A stretch of DNA of 64,000 bases, taken from contig NC_082731.1 of the NCBI RefSeq assembly GCF_030144855.1, forward strand, positions 31,806,001 to 31,870,000, read 5' to 3'. This stretch comes from Hypanus sabinus. Its lineage: Eukaryota. The position numbers and the translations under genes were made by a program. A model generated the notes under the pieces. It was not told the origin of the DNA, ran no database searches, and saw only the letters and a program-made list of their open reading frames with translations. Positions within the stretch are counted from its first letter, which is position 1. Each line of letters begins with the position of its first letter. This document shows positions 22,706 to 35,656 of the stretch, piece after piece.

Positions 22706-24029
22706 CTGTAAGGAGAGAGAGAGTCATGCATCACAGAAACAGGCCCTTCGGCCCACCTGGCTCATGCTGACCCAGATTCCCAACTGAGCCCGCCCCACCC
22801 CGTCCGCGCATGGCCCAGATCCCTCCCATCTCCGAGTATTTTAAACCATGTCAATGTACTTGCCTCATCCACTTCCTCCAGCCACATACAGAGCACCTTT
22901 AGGGAAAAATGTTGTCCCTCAGGTTCCGATTAAATCTGTCCCCTCCCACTCTTCATCCTCCTCTCTCTCTCCCCCAACACTCCCCTCTCATTCTCTCACC
23001 CCTCCTTCCTTCCTCTCTCACTCTCTCCCCTCTCTCCCACACTTTATCTCTACCCCTCCCTCTCTCCCCCTCCCTTCCTACTCTCCCTCTCTCCCTTAAT
23101 TCTCCCCTTTTCCCTCCTCTCTCCCACTACTCTCCCTCCCACTCCCTCTCCCCTCCCTCTCCTCGTCCTGCTCTCTCCCCCCTCCCACTCCCTCTTTCTA
23201 TCTCCCCTCCCACCTTCTCCCCTCTCTCCCTCCCTTCTCTTCCCCCTTTCTCTCCTCTCTCTTCCTCTGCCCTCTCCCTTCCTTCTCTTCCCCTTCTTTC
23301 TCCCCTCCCTCCGTTCCTCTCTCTCTCTCCCCTCACCCTTCCCTCTCTCTCCCCACTTTTCCCCACACTTCGTCCTGAGTATTGATCTCGGTTCTGTGAC
23401 AGGAAAGATGTGACATCCTCTGGTTCTCGGTTCTGTGAGCATTCACCCTGTCCGTGCCCCCCTCCCACCGTGTTTTACACACCACCGAAAGCTCTGCCTC
23501 AGTTTCCTACGCCCCAGGAAATAAAGCCCCAATCAGCCCAGTCTCCCTCTGTAACTCAGTCCCGGTCACCTCCTCCAGCCGATGGCATCTTTCCGGTAAC
23601 AGAACCGATCTCATACCCCAGGTGACAGCGCTCCGCGGGTCAGGCGGCATCTACGGAGCAGAATAGGGTCGATGTTTCAGGCCGAGGGGGGCAGAAGCTA
23701 AAATGAGGAGCTGGGAAGGTGGTGGGGGTGATATACGGGACGAGGGGACTGGACCCGGAAGGAAGAGGGACCGCGGTGGGAAGTGATGGGCGGGTGAGGG
23801 GGTAGCCGGAATGGGGAAACAGGGAAGGAGGGAGGGGATGGAAATTGCCTGAAGTCGATGTTCACGCCGCCAGGCGGGACCTGAGTGTGCCCTCGTCGTG
23901 GGAGAGAGGAGGAGGTGGACAGTCGCGACAGGGTGGGACCGGGAAAGCGAACCGAAGCGGGTAGGTACGGGGAGACGGAGCTGTTCTGCCCACTCCATCC
24001 CGTCTTTCAGTATCCCAGTAGCCTTCACT

Positions 24030-24930
24030 GAGAAATGACTGGGCCTCCTCAGCCGTCTATGGCAGAGGATTCTCCAGATTCGCCACAGTCTGGCTACAGA
24101 AATTGCTCCTCATCTCCGTTCCAGAGGGACGTCCTTCTCCGAGGCTGTAATCTCAGTCCGCTATAGGAAACATCACATCCACTCTATCTAGGCCTTCCAA
24201 TATTAGATCGATTTTAATGAGAGGTGTCCCCTCCCCTTCTCCTGAACTCCGACGAGGACAGACCCAGGGACTCCTGGTACCCACTATCATTCTCGTAAGC
24301 CTCCGTCTCCAGTACCAGCACGTTCCTCGGCTAGAGGGCTCAAAACTCCTCACACTCCTCCAGTGCCTTATAAAGTGAATGCCGACATTGCATTTGCCTT
24401 CCTCACCACCGACTCAACCCGCAATGTTAATCTTTAGGGACTCCTGCACCAGGACTCCCAAGTCCCCTTTTGCACCTCAGATTGCCCCCCCCATTTAGAA
24501 AATAGCAAAAGTGCACGACCATACACTTCCCAATACCGTGTCCCATCGGCCGCTTCTTTCCTCTCATGCGGAGTCCCCGACTCTGCGACCCTCCCCGTTC
24601 CTGGACTGTAAACTTGGCCAAGGAGCTGCCAGTTCCATCTTCCGGATCGTTAGCGTAGAAAACAAACACAGCTCGATCCTGCGGAACGCCGGCGGCCAAC
24701 CAGGAAAGGGCCCCTTTCTCCCCACTCCATCAGCCGCAGCTCGATCCATGCTGGTATCTTCTGGTAATACAATGGGTTCTTATCTGGCCAAGTGGCACCG
24801 TGAGAAAGGCCTTCTGAAAATCCACAACATCCACCGCCTCTCCTGCCTGTCAGTTCCTTAAAGAATTACAGCAGTTTTTCCCCTTATGCCATGCTGGCTT
24901 GGCCTGTTTTATCATGCGCCTCCAATTACC
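24030..24930 (-). mobile_element. Decayed CR1-type LINE fragment
   Basis: Reverse-strand remnants (ccactctatctaggccttccaatat, gcatttgccttcctcaccac, caagtcccttttgcacctc). Confidence 0.6.
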
Positions 24931-24994
24931 CCGAAGTTCCTCGCCAGACACACCGCCCAGGATCTCACATGGTCTGTGCAAACTGGCTGTGCGG

Positions 24995-25577
24995 TGTAAG
25001 AGGCAGAACAGCGCCCATTTCACCTCAGACGGTTGAAGAAGTCCGGCATGAGTCCCCGAATCCTAAGAACTTTCTTCACGGGCACGATCGAGAGCATCTC
25101 GACTGGCTGCCTCACTGCCCGGTACAGGAACTGTACCTCCCTCAATCGCAGGGGCACGATCGAGAGCAACTCGACTGGCTGCCTCACTGCCTGGTCTGGG
25201 AACTGTACCTCCCTCAATCGCAGGGCTCTGCAGAGAGTGGTGCGAACAGCCCAGCGCATCTGTAGTTGTGAACTTCCCATGATTCAGGACATTTACAGAG
25301 ACAGGTGTGTAAAAAGGGCCCGTAGGATCATTGGAGACCCGAGTCACCCCAACCATAAACTGTTCCAGCTGCTACCATCCGGGAGACGGTACCGCAGCAT
25401 AAAAGCCAGGACCGACAGGCTCCAGGACAGCTTCTTCCACCAGGCCATCAGACTGATGAACTCACGCTGAGTATTTCTATGTTACACTGACTGTCCTGTT
25501 GTACATTGTTTATTACAAATTACTGTAATTTGCGCGTTCAGATGGAGACGTAACACAAAGATTTTTACTTCACGTGT
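24995..25577 (+). mobile_element. Rex1/Babar-type LINE 3' fragment with a 72-bp tandem duplication
   Basis: TIESxxTGCLTAW, LQRVVRTAQRI, HPNHKLFQLLPSGRRYRS, SFFHQAIRL. The duplicated unit starts at 25081 and 25153. Confidence 0.85.
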
Positions 25578-26459
25578 GTGGGCGACTCGAGAACAGTACC
25601 TTCAATGGATACGATTAAATATTCCTGTTTCGGTCCGTCACAGCTAAAAAGCACAACTGCTTCCAAGGACAGTACAGTCAACAGAGATGTCTCAATGCGT
25701 TTAAAAGAACTATCGCTGCTTAAAACTGACAGAAACAACACCGACTGTGGACGGAAATAGGATTCCGCGTAAGAAACGTGGGTGCAGGTCAGGGATACAA
25801 GTGCGCTTCAGGAAACGGGGTTTTAAACTCCATATACCAGCTACCTTGCTGGCAAACGTGCTGGCTTTGATGAATAAAATCAATGATCTCAGAGCTGAAT
25901 CAGGGGGACATTAGGACCGCGTGTGTCCTTTCTTTCACGGAATCCTGGTTAACCCCTTCCATACCGGATGCAGCGCTCCAGATCGACGGGTTCACTGTAC
26001 ACCGTCAGGATAGATCTATAGAGTCTCTCTAAAGCAGAGGTGGAGGAGTATGCCTCATGATCAACTCTTCTTGGCGCACAAATGTATCAGTTCGGTCCCA
26101 GTTCTGCTCACCAGACCTGGAATATCCAGCGGTAAAGTTCCGTCCTTTTTACCTACCACGGGAGTTCTCCGGGGTCAGTTTACATTCCACCTCAGGCCAA
26201 CGTCAAGCAGGCTTCAGATGATCTGAGCAATGGGATCAACATGCACAAAACAGCCACCGTAACGCCTTCACTATCGTTTTGGGAGATTTTAACAAGGCCA
26301 GTCTGGAAAAAAATCACTAAGCAACTATCATCAACAAATTACTTGCAACCCCAGAGGAAACAGCACACTGGACCATTGCTACACCACGATCAAGCACGCC
26401 CTCACTTCAGGAAGCCTGGACTTCCACTCGCTGAGAGCGGGCAGACACTGAAGACCAGC

Positions 26460-27108
26460 CGCTACGGTCCGGTCCGGAGCCAGCACTCCGGGTCCTGATC
26501 CTGTCCGCGATCTCCGGACTCCGGGTCTTGTAGCCGTCCCTCCTTTCACCCTTGAGCCAATTAGTCACACCTGTGGATCACCGAGGCTTGTTGGGGCTCG
26601 AGGAGGCGCACCTGATGCCCATTGGCTGGCGGGGTATATAGGGGGGAGGGGGCGTTTTGCCTACTCTGTTCCTCTGGTTGCCCTGGCTTGGAGTTCTCCT
26701 TGTTAAAGACGAGTCCTTTGAGTAAGTCTGGCAGTCACCCTGGACCTAGTTCCCTTCCTATCCCTTGCCTCTGATGGGCAAGCCTGGCTGGACTGCCGTT
26801 GCCCCTACCTGTCCCTCGCTGCTGATGGGTTGTGCCCCACAGCCTACCCAGGTGCCCCGTGACCTGCCCAGGCCCCTGTGTTCCTGCCTGGGAGGCCCTG
26901 CCCTGGAGTTATGCGGCCTGCCCGGTGAACTCCACCCTGCCTGAACTCTAAGACTCTCCCAGAACCCCAGAATCACCTTGAACGCCATGTCCCTCACGCA
27001 CCCCACGGTCACCACATCTTGCCTATCGTTTAGTTGTTCCCGTCCTGCCCTTTGTACTTCAGTACCTGTGTCCTGCACTTGGGTCCAGCCTCCTGTCCTC
27101 TTAAGACA
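26460..27108 (+). mobile_element. Solo LTR (Gypsy-like), 649 bp, 5-bp TSD CCAGC, inserted in the Rex1 element
   Basis: ccagc at 26455-26459 and 27109-27113. Ends cgctac...aagaca (decayed TG...CA), TATA-like gtatatag at ~26634, and tcctgcacttgggtcc near the 3' end. Confidence 0.8.
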
Positions 27109-27678
27109 CCAGCAGTGAGGACCAAGAAGGTACGGACAAGGGAAGCACAGAAGTGACTACAGGACTGCTTTGAATCGGTGAACTGGACTGTGTTCAGGGA
27201 TTCATCTTCCAACCTGGATGAGTTTGCTGCTGTTGTCACCGACTTCATTAAAACCTGTGTGGATGAGTGTGTGCCTACAGAGACTTACTGTACATTCATT
27301 CCCAGACCAAAAGCCGTGATTGAACCAGGAGGAATGTCGTCTGCTGAAGGCTAGATGATCTGAGGCCTTCAAGTCTGGCGATCCAGGCCTGTACCAGAAA
27401 ACCAGGTATGAGTTGCGGAGGGCTTTCTCAAGGGCAAGGAGACAATTTTGAATGAGGTTAGAGGCGACATCGAATGCACGACAACTCTGGCAGGGCTTGC
27501 AAGACATTACTTCCTACAAAGCAAAACCCAATAGCATGATTGGCAATGATGCTTCACTACCAGATGAACACAATGCTTTATATAAGCAAACACAAAGGAC
27601 ACTTGGATGCTGTGGTCAAATCAACACGTACAAAAGCTGGGTGAAACCAGCAGGTCGGGCAGTATCTGTTGGAACGAG

Positions 27679-27716
27679 CTGTCAATGTTTCGGGCTGAGA
27701 CCCTTCATCAGGACTG
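27679..27716 (-). ncRNA. Minimal (type I) hammerhead ribozyme motif of Penelope-type repeat, partly decayed
   Basis: Minus strand: cagtc-CTGATGA-agggtctcagccc-GAAA-cattgacag. The core boxes CUGANGA and GAAA and stem II are intact; the GUC site appears CpG-decayed. Confidence 0.6.
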
Positions 27717-29134
27717 ACAAAGGTCAATGGTAGATGCAATCCCCATGGCTCTCCACACAGCTTTAGACCACCTGGACAACACAAACACCTATGTCAGGAT
27801 GCTGTTCCTCAAATGTAGCTCAACATTTAACATCATCATTCCCACAATCCTGATAGAGAAGTTTCAGAACCTGGGTCTCTGTACCTCCCTCTGCAATTGG
27901 ATCCTCAACTTCCTATCCGGAAGACCACAGTCTGTGCGGATTGGTGATAACATCTCCTCCTCACTAACGATCAACGCTGGTGCACCTCAGGGGTGTGTGC
28001 TTAGCCCACTGCTCTACTCTCTGTATACACGACTGTGTGGTTAGGCATAGCTCAAATACCATCTATAAATTTGCTGATGATACAACCATTGTTGGTAGAA
28101 TCTCAGGTGGTGACGAGAGGGCGGACAGGAGTGAGATATGCCAACTAGTGGAATGGTGCCGCAGCAACAACCTGGCACTCAACGTCAGTAAGACGAAAGA
28201 GCTGATTGTGGACTTCAGGAAGGGTTAGACGAAGGAGCTCATACCGATCCTCATAGAGGGATCAGAAGTGGAGAGAGTGAGCAGTTTCAAGTTCTCTGAG
28301 GATCTAACCTGGTCCCAACATATCGATGCAGTTATACAGAAGGCAAGGCAGAGACTACACTTCATTAGGAGTTTGAAGAGATTTGGTATGTCAACAAACA
28401 CACTCAAAAACTTCTATAGATGTACCGTGGAGAGCATTCTGACAGGCTGTGTCACTGTCTGGAATGCAGGGGCTACTGCACTGGACTGAAAGAAGCTGCA
28501 GAAGGTTGTAAATCTAGTCAGCTCCATCTTGGGCACTAGCCTACAAAGTACCCAGGACATCTTCAGGGAGCGGTGTCTCAGAAAGGCAGCATCCATTATT
28601 AAAGACCTCCAGCATGCCCTTTTCTCACTGTTACCATCAGGTAGGAGGTACAGAAGCCTGAAGGCACTCACTCAGCGATTCAGGAACAGCTTCTTCCCCT
28701 CTGCCATCCGATTCCTAAATGGACGTTGACAGTGGACATTGAACTCTTGAATACTACCTCACTTTTTAAATACATATTACTTCTGTTTTTTGCACGATTT
28801 TAAATCTATTCAATATACGTACACTCTAATTGATTTACTTTATTATTATTATTTTGTTTTTTTTCTTCTATATTACATATTGCATTGAACTGCTGCTACT
28901 AAGTTAACAAATTTCACGACACATGCCAGTGATAATAAACCTGATTCTGATTGTGATTTAAGGAATAAAATTAATTCAATTCAATTCAAACCTCATCTTT
29001 AACAATAAACTCTAAAACCTCAGCAACACTGGGGTCAGGTTAACTGGCCTGGTGTCTCCTCCCTTTAACAGGGATGTTACAGTCCTCTGGGATAATCTGC
29101 AACTCCAGTGATCCTTGAAAGGTCCATGTGACCA

Positions 29135-29655
29135 TAACACGTGGCAAGAATTCGACTATTTGGCCCATTGAGCCTTCTTTCCCATTCAATCATCGCTTCT
29201 TATCCCTCTCAATCATTCCTCCCCATAACCTTTGACCCCTCCCTTACTGGTCAAGAACCTATCAACCTCTGTTTTAAATAACCCCAATAATTTCCCTCCA
29301 CAGTCATCTGTGGCAATGAATTCCACAGAATCTCCACCCTCTGGCAAAAGAAATACGTTCTCATCGCTATTCTAATGGTACAACCTTCTATTCTGTGCCC
29401 TCTGGTCCCAGACGCCCCCAGCTGTAGGAAATACCCTCTCCACGTCCTCTGTATCTCGGCCTTTCAATATCTGATCAGTTTCAATGAGATCCTCCCTCAT
29501 TCTGCTGAGCTCCAGTGAGGACAGGCCCAGAGCCATCAAAAGCTTCTCATATGTTAACCCCTTCATTTCTAGGACAGTTCTCGCCAACCTCCTCTGGGCC
29601 CTCTCCAATTCCAGCACATCCCTTCTCCGATAGTTGGCCCCAAACTGCTCTAGTA
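29135..29655 (-). mobile_element. CR1-type LINE 3' fragment
   Basis: Minus-strand LERAQRRLARTVLEMKGLTYE...MREDLIET. Confidence 0.8.
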
Positions 29656-30031
29656 ATGTCTCCACAATCTCTCCAGCTCCTGTTTCAGGACTCTGGAGTG
29701 AAGTCCACCCAGTTTTGGTGACTTATCCACAGCTTTCTAGAACTTTGTCCTTACTTCTGGCTATTAAGTTCTTCTACCCCTGACCCTCTTGAAGAGGGGG
29801 GCAGTGAGAGAGGTGGAAGAGGTAAGAGAAAGTGGGTAAAGGAGGGGACAGAGATATGGGGAAGGGAGGAGACATGGTGGTGGGGGAGAGAAAGGGAGAT
29901 GGAGTGTTCTCGGTGACTCCACTCAGTCCCCAATGTAACCATTCGGCCTGAGTGACCCAGATCGAGCCCTGTGACACTGATTGACTCTTGCTGATCTGCA
30001 GCAACTCCAACTGACCACTGGTTGCCCCTAC

Positions 30032-30300
30032 CTTGCTGATGAAGGAGTCCTTGCTGCAGAGTTTCTCGATGTACCTGAGGATCTCGACCTCCTCCTCACA
30101 ATGCTCCTCAGGAGGTTCTCGAAGGTGAGCCTCGGTATCGGGCGGCGGCAGGCCCAGGGCCTCCATGATCTCAATGTACTGCTCCACCGCCTCGAGGGGG
30201 ATGGACTGGTGGTGCCCACCCGTGCCACGGGCTGGGGTCTTCGGCTGTTTGTGGGACCGCTGGGATCCTCCTTTACCTCCGGCCTTCCGTCCACCAGGGT
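30032..30300 (-). CDS. NUTM1: NUT-family exon (...IPLEAVEQYIEIMEAL...ILRYIEKLCSKDSFISK), p300-binding TAD region
   Basis: cag acceptor and GTAGGG donor, 269 nt, phase 1 to 0. Matches human IPPEAVKEYVDIMEWL and LLSYINELCSQKVFVSK. Confidence 0.92.
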
Positions 30301-30364
30301 CTGCAAGAGGGAATTCATGGGACGGGGGTCAGAGGGATGGCAGAGGGACTTCCTCAGCAATTCA

Positions 30365-33300
30365 ACTCAAACAACCCAACCCAAAATAACTGTATACAAC
30401 ACAACCAGCATGACCAAATACAACATTACACATTTCAACCCCCCAGAACCCAACACCACCCAACCAAACCATCCCAATACAACCCCAGCAGAATCAAACA
30501 CAACACAACGTAATTCAACACCTTCCAACCCACCAGAACCCAACACCACCCATCCAAACCATCCCAACACAACCCAGCGCAATCGAACACAACACAACAC
30601 AACATAATCCAACACCTTCCAACCCACCATAACCCAACACGACACACCCAAACCATCCCAACACAACCCAGCGCAATCGAACACAACACACCTTCCAACC
30701 CAAAACAACCAAACCATCCCAACACTATTGAACACAACACAACATAACCCAACACCACCCAACCAAACCATCCCAACACAACCCCAGCAGAATCAAACAC
30801 AACACAACATAACCCAACACCACCCAACCAAACCATCCCAACACAACCCCAGCAGAATCAAACACAACACAACATAATCCAACACCTTCCAACCTACCAG
30901 AACCCAACACAACACAACACAACCAAACTATCCCAACACAATCGAACACAACACAATGTAATCCAACACCTTCCAACCCACCAGAACCCAACACAACACA
31001 ACACAACCAAACCATCTCAACACAATCGAACACAACAGAATGTAATCCAACACCTTCCAACCCACCATAACCCAACACCACCCAACCAAACCATCCCAAC
31101 ACAATCGAACACAATGCAACGTAATGCAACACCTTCCAACCCAAAACCCAACACTACACTACACATAGCCTCAAGATTCTGGGCAGTAGGATGGAGATGA
31201 GGAGGTACTGCTTTTCCCAGAGAGCGGTGAATCTGTGGAATTCTCTGCCCAATGAAGCAGTGGAGGCTACCTCAGTAAATATATTTAAGACAAGGTTGGA
31301 TAGATTTATGCATTGTGAGGGAATTGAGGGTAATGGGGAAAAGGCAGGTGGGTGGTGATGAATCCATGCCCAGATCAGCCATCATCTTATTGAATGGCAG
31401 AGCAGGCTCAACCAGTCAGATGGCTTACTCCTGTTCCTATTTCTTATGTTCTTACGTACTTACACAACACAACACAATCCAACACCTTCTGACCCACCAT
31501 AACTCGACACAACTCAACCCAAACTGACCCAGCCCAACCAAACACACCAAAAACATAACCCAACACCTTCCGACCCACCATAACTAGACACAACTCAACC
31601 CAAACTGACCCAGCCCAACCAAACACACCAAAACATAACCCAATACCTTCTGACCCACCATAACTCGACACAACTCAACCCAAACTGACCCAGCCCAACC
31701 AAACACACCAAAAACATAACCCAACACCTTCTGACCCACCATAACTCAACACAACTCAACCCAAACTGACCCAGCCCAACCAAACACACCAAAAACATAA
31801 CCCAACACCTTCTGACCCACCATAACTCGACACAACTCAACCCAAACTGACCCAGCCCAACCAAACACACCAAAAACATAATCCAACACCTTCCAACCCA
31901 CCATAACTCGACACAACTCAACCCAAACTGACCCAGCCCAACCGAACACACCAAAAACACAACCCAACACCTTCCGACCCACCATAACTCGACACAACTC
32001 AACCCAAACTGACCCAGCCCAACCAAACACACCAAAAACATAACCCAACACCTTCTGACCCACCATAACTCGACACAACTCAACCCAAACTGACCCAGCC
32101 CAACCAAACACACCAAAAACATAATCCAACACCTTCCAACCCACCATAACTCGACACAACTCAACCCAAACTGACCCAGCCCAACCGAACACACCAAAAA
32201 CATAACCCAACACCTTCTGACCCACCATAACTCGACACAACTCAACCCAAACTGACCCAGCCCAACCAAACACACCAAAAACATAACCCAACACCTTCTG
32301 ACCCACCATAACTCAACACAACTCAACCCAAACTGACCCAGCCCAACCAAACACACCAAAAACATAACCCAACACCTTCTGACCCACCATAACTCGACAC
32401 AACTCAACCCAAACTGACCCAGCCCAACCAAACACACCAAAAACATAATCCAACACCTTCCAACCCACCATAACTCGACACAACTCAACCCAAACTGACC
32501 CAGCCCAACCGAACACACCAAAAACACAACCCAACACCTTCCGACCCACCATAACTCGACACAACTCAACCCAAACTGACCCAGCCCAACCAAACACACC
32601 AAAAACATAACCCAACACCTTCTGACCCACCATAACTCGACACAACTCAACCCAAACTGACCCAGCCCAACCAAACACACCAAAAACATAATCCAACACC
32701 TTCCAACCCACCATAACTCGACACAACTCAACCCAAACTGACCCAGCCCAACCAAACACACCAAAAACATAACCCAACACCTTCTGACCCACCATAACTC
32801 GACACAACTCAACCCAAACTGACCCAGCCCAACCAAACACACCAAAAACATAATCCAACACCTTCTGACCCACCATAACTCGACACAACTCAACCCAAAC
32901 TGACCCAGCCCAACCAAACACACCAAAAACATAATCCAACACCTTCCAACCCGCCATAGCTCAAAGCAACACAACCCAAACTGATCCAGCCCAACCGATC
33001 CAACGCAACTCGACACAATCCAGCCCTACACAACACAACACAATAGAATCCAACACATTCCAATTCACCATAACCCACAACCCAACCCAGTACAACTAAA
33101 CACAACACAAGATGACCTAATCCAATGCAACATAATACAATCGACCTAAGGCAATCCAACCCAACAAAACCCATCCCAACATAATCCAACCCTATAAAAC
33201 ATTTCTCAAACCAACCCGACCCAATCCAACACAATGCTCCCCAAATCTGCCAATCCCCAGCCCACTCTACTACCAGCCTTATCCCCTTCCATCCCATCCC
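30365..33300. repeat. CAACA/CCAA-rich satellite; homogeneous 81-bp core array at ~31470-32950 (~18 copies); CR1 3' fragment inserted at ~31165-31455
   Basis: 27-aa periodicity of the repeat ORFs. Unit cccaacaccttctgacccaccataactcgacacaactcaacccaaactgacccagcccaaccaaacacaccaaaaacataa. Confidence 0.95.
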
Positions 33301-33454
33301 CAGTATGGCTACCAAACCAGTTCAAACCATCACCCTCATCAACAACACAATCCAACGGAATAATTACTGCTAGGGTCCATGAGTTGGGGTTTAAGGTCTG
33401 GAGCTGAGGTCAGAGTTGAGGGGTTAGAGTTTGGCATTGGAGGGTCATACTGAC

Positions 33455-33585
33455 CTTCCATGACCTGTTTCTCAGGTTTGGCCTTGGTCCTGGACACCAG
33501 CTGGACCCCAGGCGAGATCCCGGCCGGCAGTGGGACTGGGTCTGCAGACCACTGAGCGTTCTCCTCCATCTCGAACTCCATGAAC
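33455..33585 (-). CDS. NUTM1: NUT-family exon (FMEFEMEENAQ...KQVME)
   Basis: cag acceptor and GTCAGT donor, 131 nt, phase 2 to 1. Matches human FMEFEAEE. Confidence 0.88.
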
Positions 33586-34076
33586 CTGCGGAGAGTCGTT
33601 TCAGAGTCAGTGCCGCAGCAGAACTGAAGATCTACCACCAGAGCCCAGCACACCATCCGCAGTGGAAACCTGCGCTAAGTCAGGACCTCCCACCGGCCCT
33701 TGCACCACACTCCTAGAAGGCGTCTTACATTCCCAGCTGAGACCACCCACTCCAAGCAGTTACCAGCCCCACAACTACTCTCTTAGCAAAGACCATCCTC
33801 TTCTTTGAGACCAACCCAACCTCTCTCGGCAGAGATCATCCCAGCAGAACCATCCCCTCCAGCAGAGCCTAGCCCCCTCCCACCACTATCCAGCAGACCA
33901 AGCCCCTCCCTATGGAGGCCAGCCCTCCCACCTCTCTCCCAGCAGACCATCCCCTCCAGCAAAGCCCAGCCCCTTTCCACCTGGTAGACCAATCCTCCCA
34001 GCAGAGACCATGCCCTCCCAGCAGAGATCAGACCCTCCCACCTCCCTCCCAGCAGACCTGCCCCCTTCCCACTCAC

Positions 34077-34205
34077 TTCTCCGCCATCTCGTAGTAGATC
34101 ATCCGATCAAAATTGCTGAGGCGGCACCATTCCTGCACGGCCAAGGGCACTCCCTCCTCGGTGCCCAGCTGTGGTCGGCACTGGGAGAGGGAGCGGAGGA
34201 CTGGT
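34077..34205 (-). CDS. NUTM1: NUT-family exon ([43 protein letters not shown])
   Basis: cag acceptor and GTGAGT donor, 129 nt, phase 2/2. Matches human [42 protein letters not shown]. Confidence 0.95.
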
Positions 34206-34723
34206 CTGTGGGGAGAGGCGGTAGGGAAGTGGGGGGGTCATTCCCGTCAATGGCTGTCCCAGACCCACCCTCACTCAAAAAATGATGGGCGGGGCGGTGA
34301 TTTGAGGCTCTGCATCAGCTGGGTCACGGTGCTGAAGGAGGGCCAATGTGAGATGTGGCACTTTGGGAAGACAAATGGGGGGACAGGACTTTCTCAGTGA
34401 ATGACAGGACCCTGCGGAGCGTTGTAGAGTAGAGGGACCCTGGAGTGCAGGTACATAGTCTCCTGAAAGTGTTGTCACAGGTAGACAGGCAGGCTGGCCT
34501 TCATCAATCAGGGCACCAGTTGGGACGTACTGTTGCAATTCTTCAAGAAGTCGGTGTTCAAACCTGCTTCAGGAAAGATGCCATTAAGCTCGAAAGAGTG
34601 AAAACGGGTTTACGAGGATGTTGTCAGGACCCAAGGGATGGAGTTATAGAAGATGTTAGGCAGATCAGTACTTTATTCCCTGGAGTGTGGGAGACTGAGG
34701 GGTGACCTGTATAAAATCATGAG

Positions 34724-35470
34724 CAGTTCAGGAAGGGTGAGATGAAGGAGCTCATACCAATCCTCAGAGGGATCAGAAGTGGAGAGAGTGAGCAGTTTCA
34801 AGTTCCTGGCTGTCAAGATCTCTGAGGATCTAACCTGGTCCCAACATATCGATGCAGTTATACAGAAGGCAAGACAGTGGCTATACTTCATTAGGAGCTT
34901 GAAGAGATTTGGCATGTCAACAAATACACTCAGATAATTCTATAGTTGTACTGTGGAGAGCATTCTGACAGGCTGCATCACTGTCTGGTCTGGAGGGGCT
35001 ACTGCACTGGACCGAAAGAAGTTGCAGAGGGTTGTAAATCTATTCAGCTCCATCTTGGGTATTAGCCTACAAAGTACCCAGGACATCTTTAGGGAGTGGT
35101 GTCTCAGAAAGGCAGCGTCCATTATTAAGGACCTCCAGCACCCAGGGCATGTCCTTTTCTCACTGTTACCATCAGGTGGGAGGTACAGGAGCCTGAAGGC
35201 ACACACTCAGCGATTCAGGAACAGCTTCTTCCCCTCTGCCATCCGATTCCTGAATGGACATTGAACCCGTGAACACTACCTCACTTTTTAAATATATATT
35301 ATTTCTGCTTTTTGCACTATTTTGAATCTATTCAATATATGTATACTGTAATAGATTTACTTATTCAGTATTATTATTTTTCTCTTCTTCTATATCACAT
35401 TGAACTGCTGCTGCTAAGTTAACAAATTTCACGTCACACGCCAGCGATAAGAAACCGGATTCTGATTCTG
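34724..35470 (+). mobile_element. Rex1/Babar LINE 3' fragment, near-identical to 28210-28960
   Basis: ESILTGCITVW...LFSLLPSG...SFFPSAIRFLN; tail gattctgattctg. Confidence 0.9.
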
Positions 35471-35656
35471 GGGTAGGGCGAATGCACACAGAGCTTTTCC
35501 CCAGGGCTGGGGAATCAAAAACCAGAGGGCACAGGCTGATGGTGAGAGGGGAGAGAGGGCCTGGGTGACAACGTTTTCACACAGAGGTCGGTCCATATAT
35601 GGAGGGAGCTACCAAAGGAAGTAGTTGAGGCAGGCAGATTAAGAATATTTAAGACT

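Larger units (their letters stand above)
25580..28960 (+). mobile_element. Rex1/Babar-type LINE, near full length but decayed, with an internal deletion and nested insertions
   Basis: Endonuclease remnants (LLANV, FTESWL, RGGGV), [58 protein letters not shown]. Tail aataaacctgattctgatt. Confidence 0.9.

Noticed and set aside
31595-33016. 473-aa hydrophobic Cys/Trp-rich repeat ORF
   Set aside because: Translation of the 81-bp satellite inside a NUT intron; no splice or homology support.
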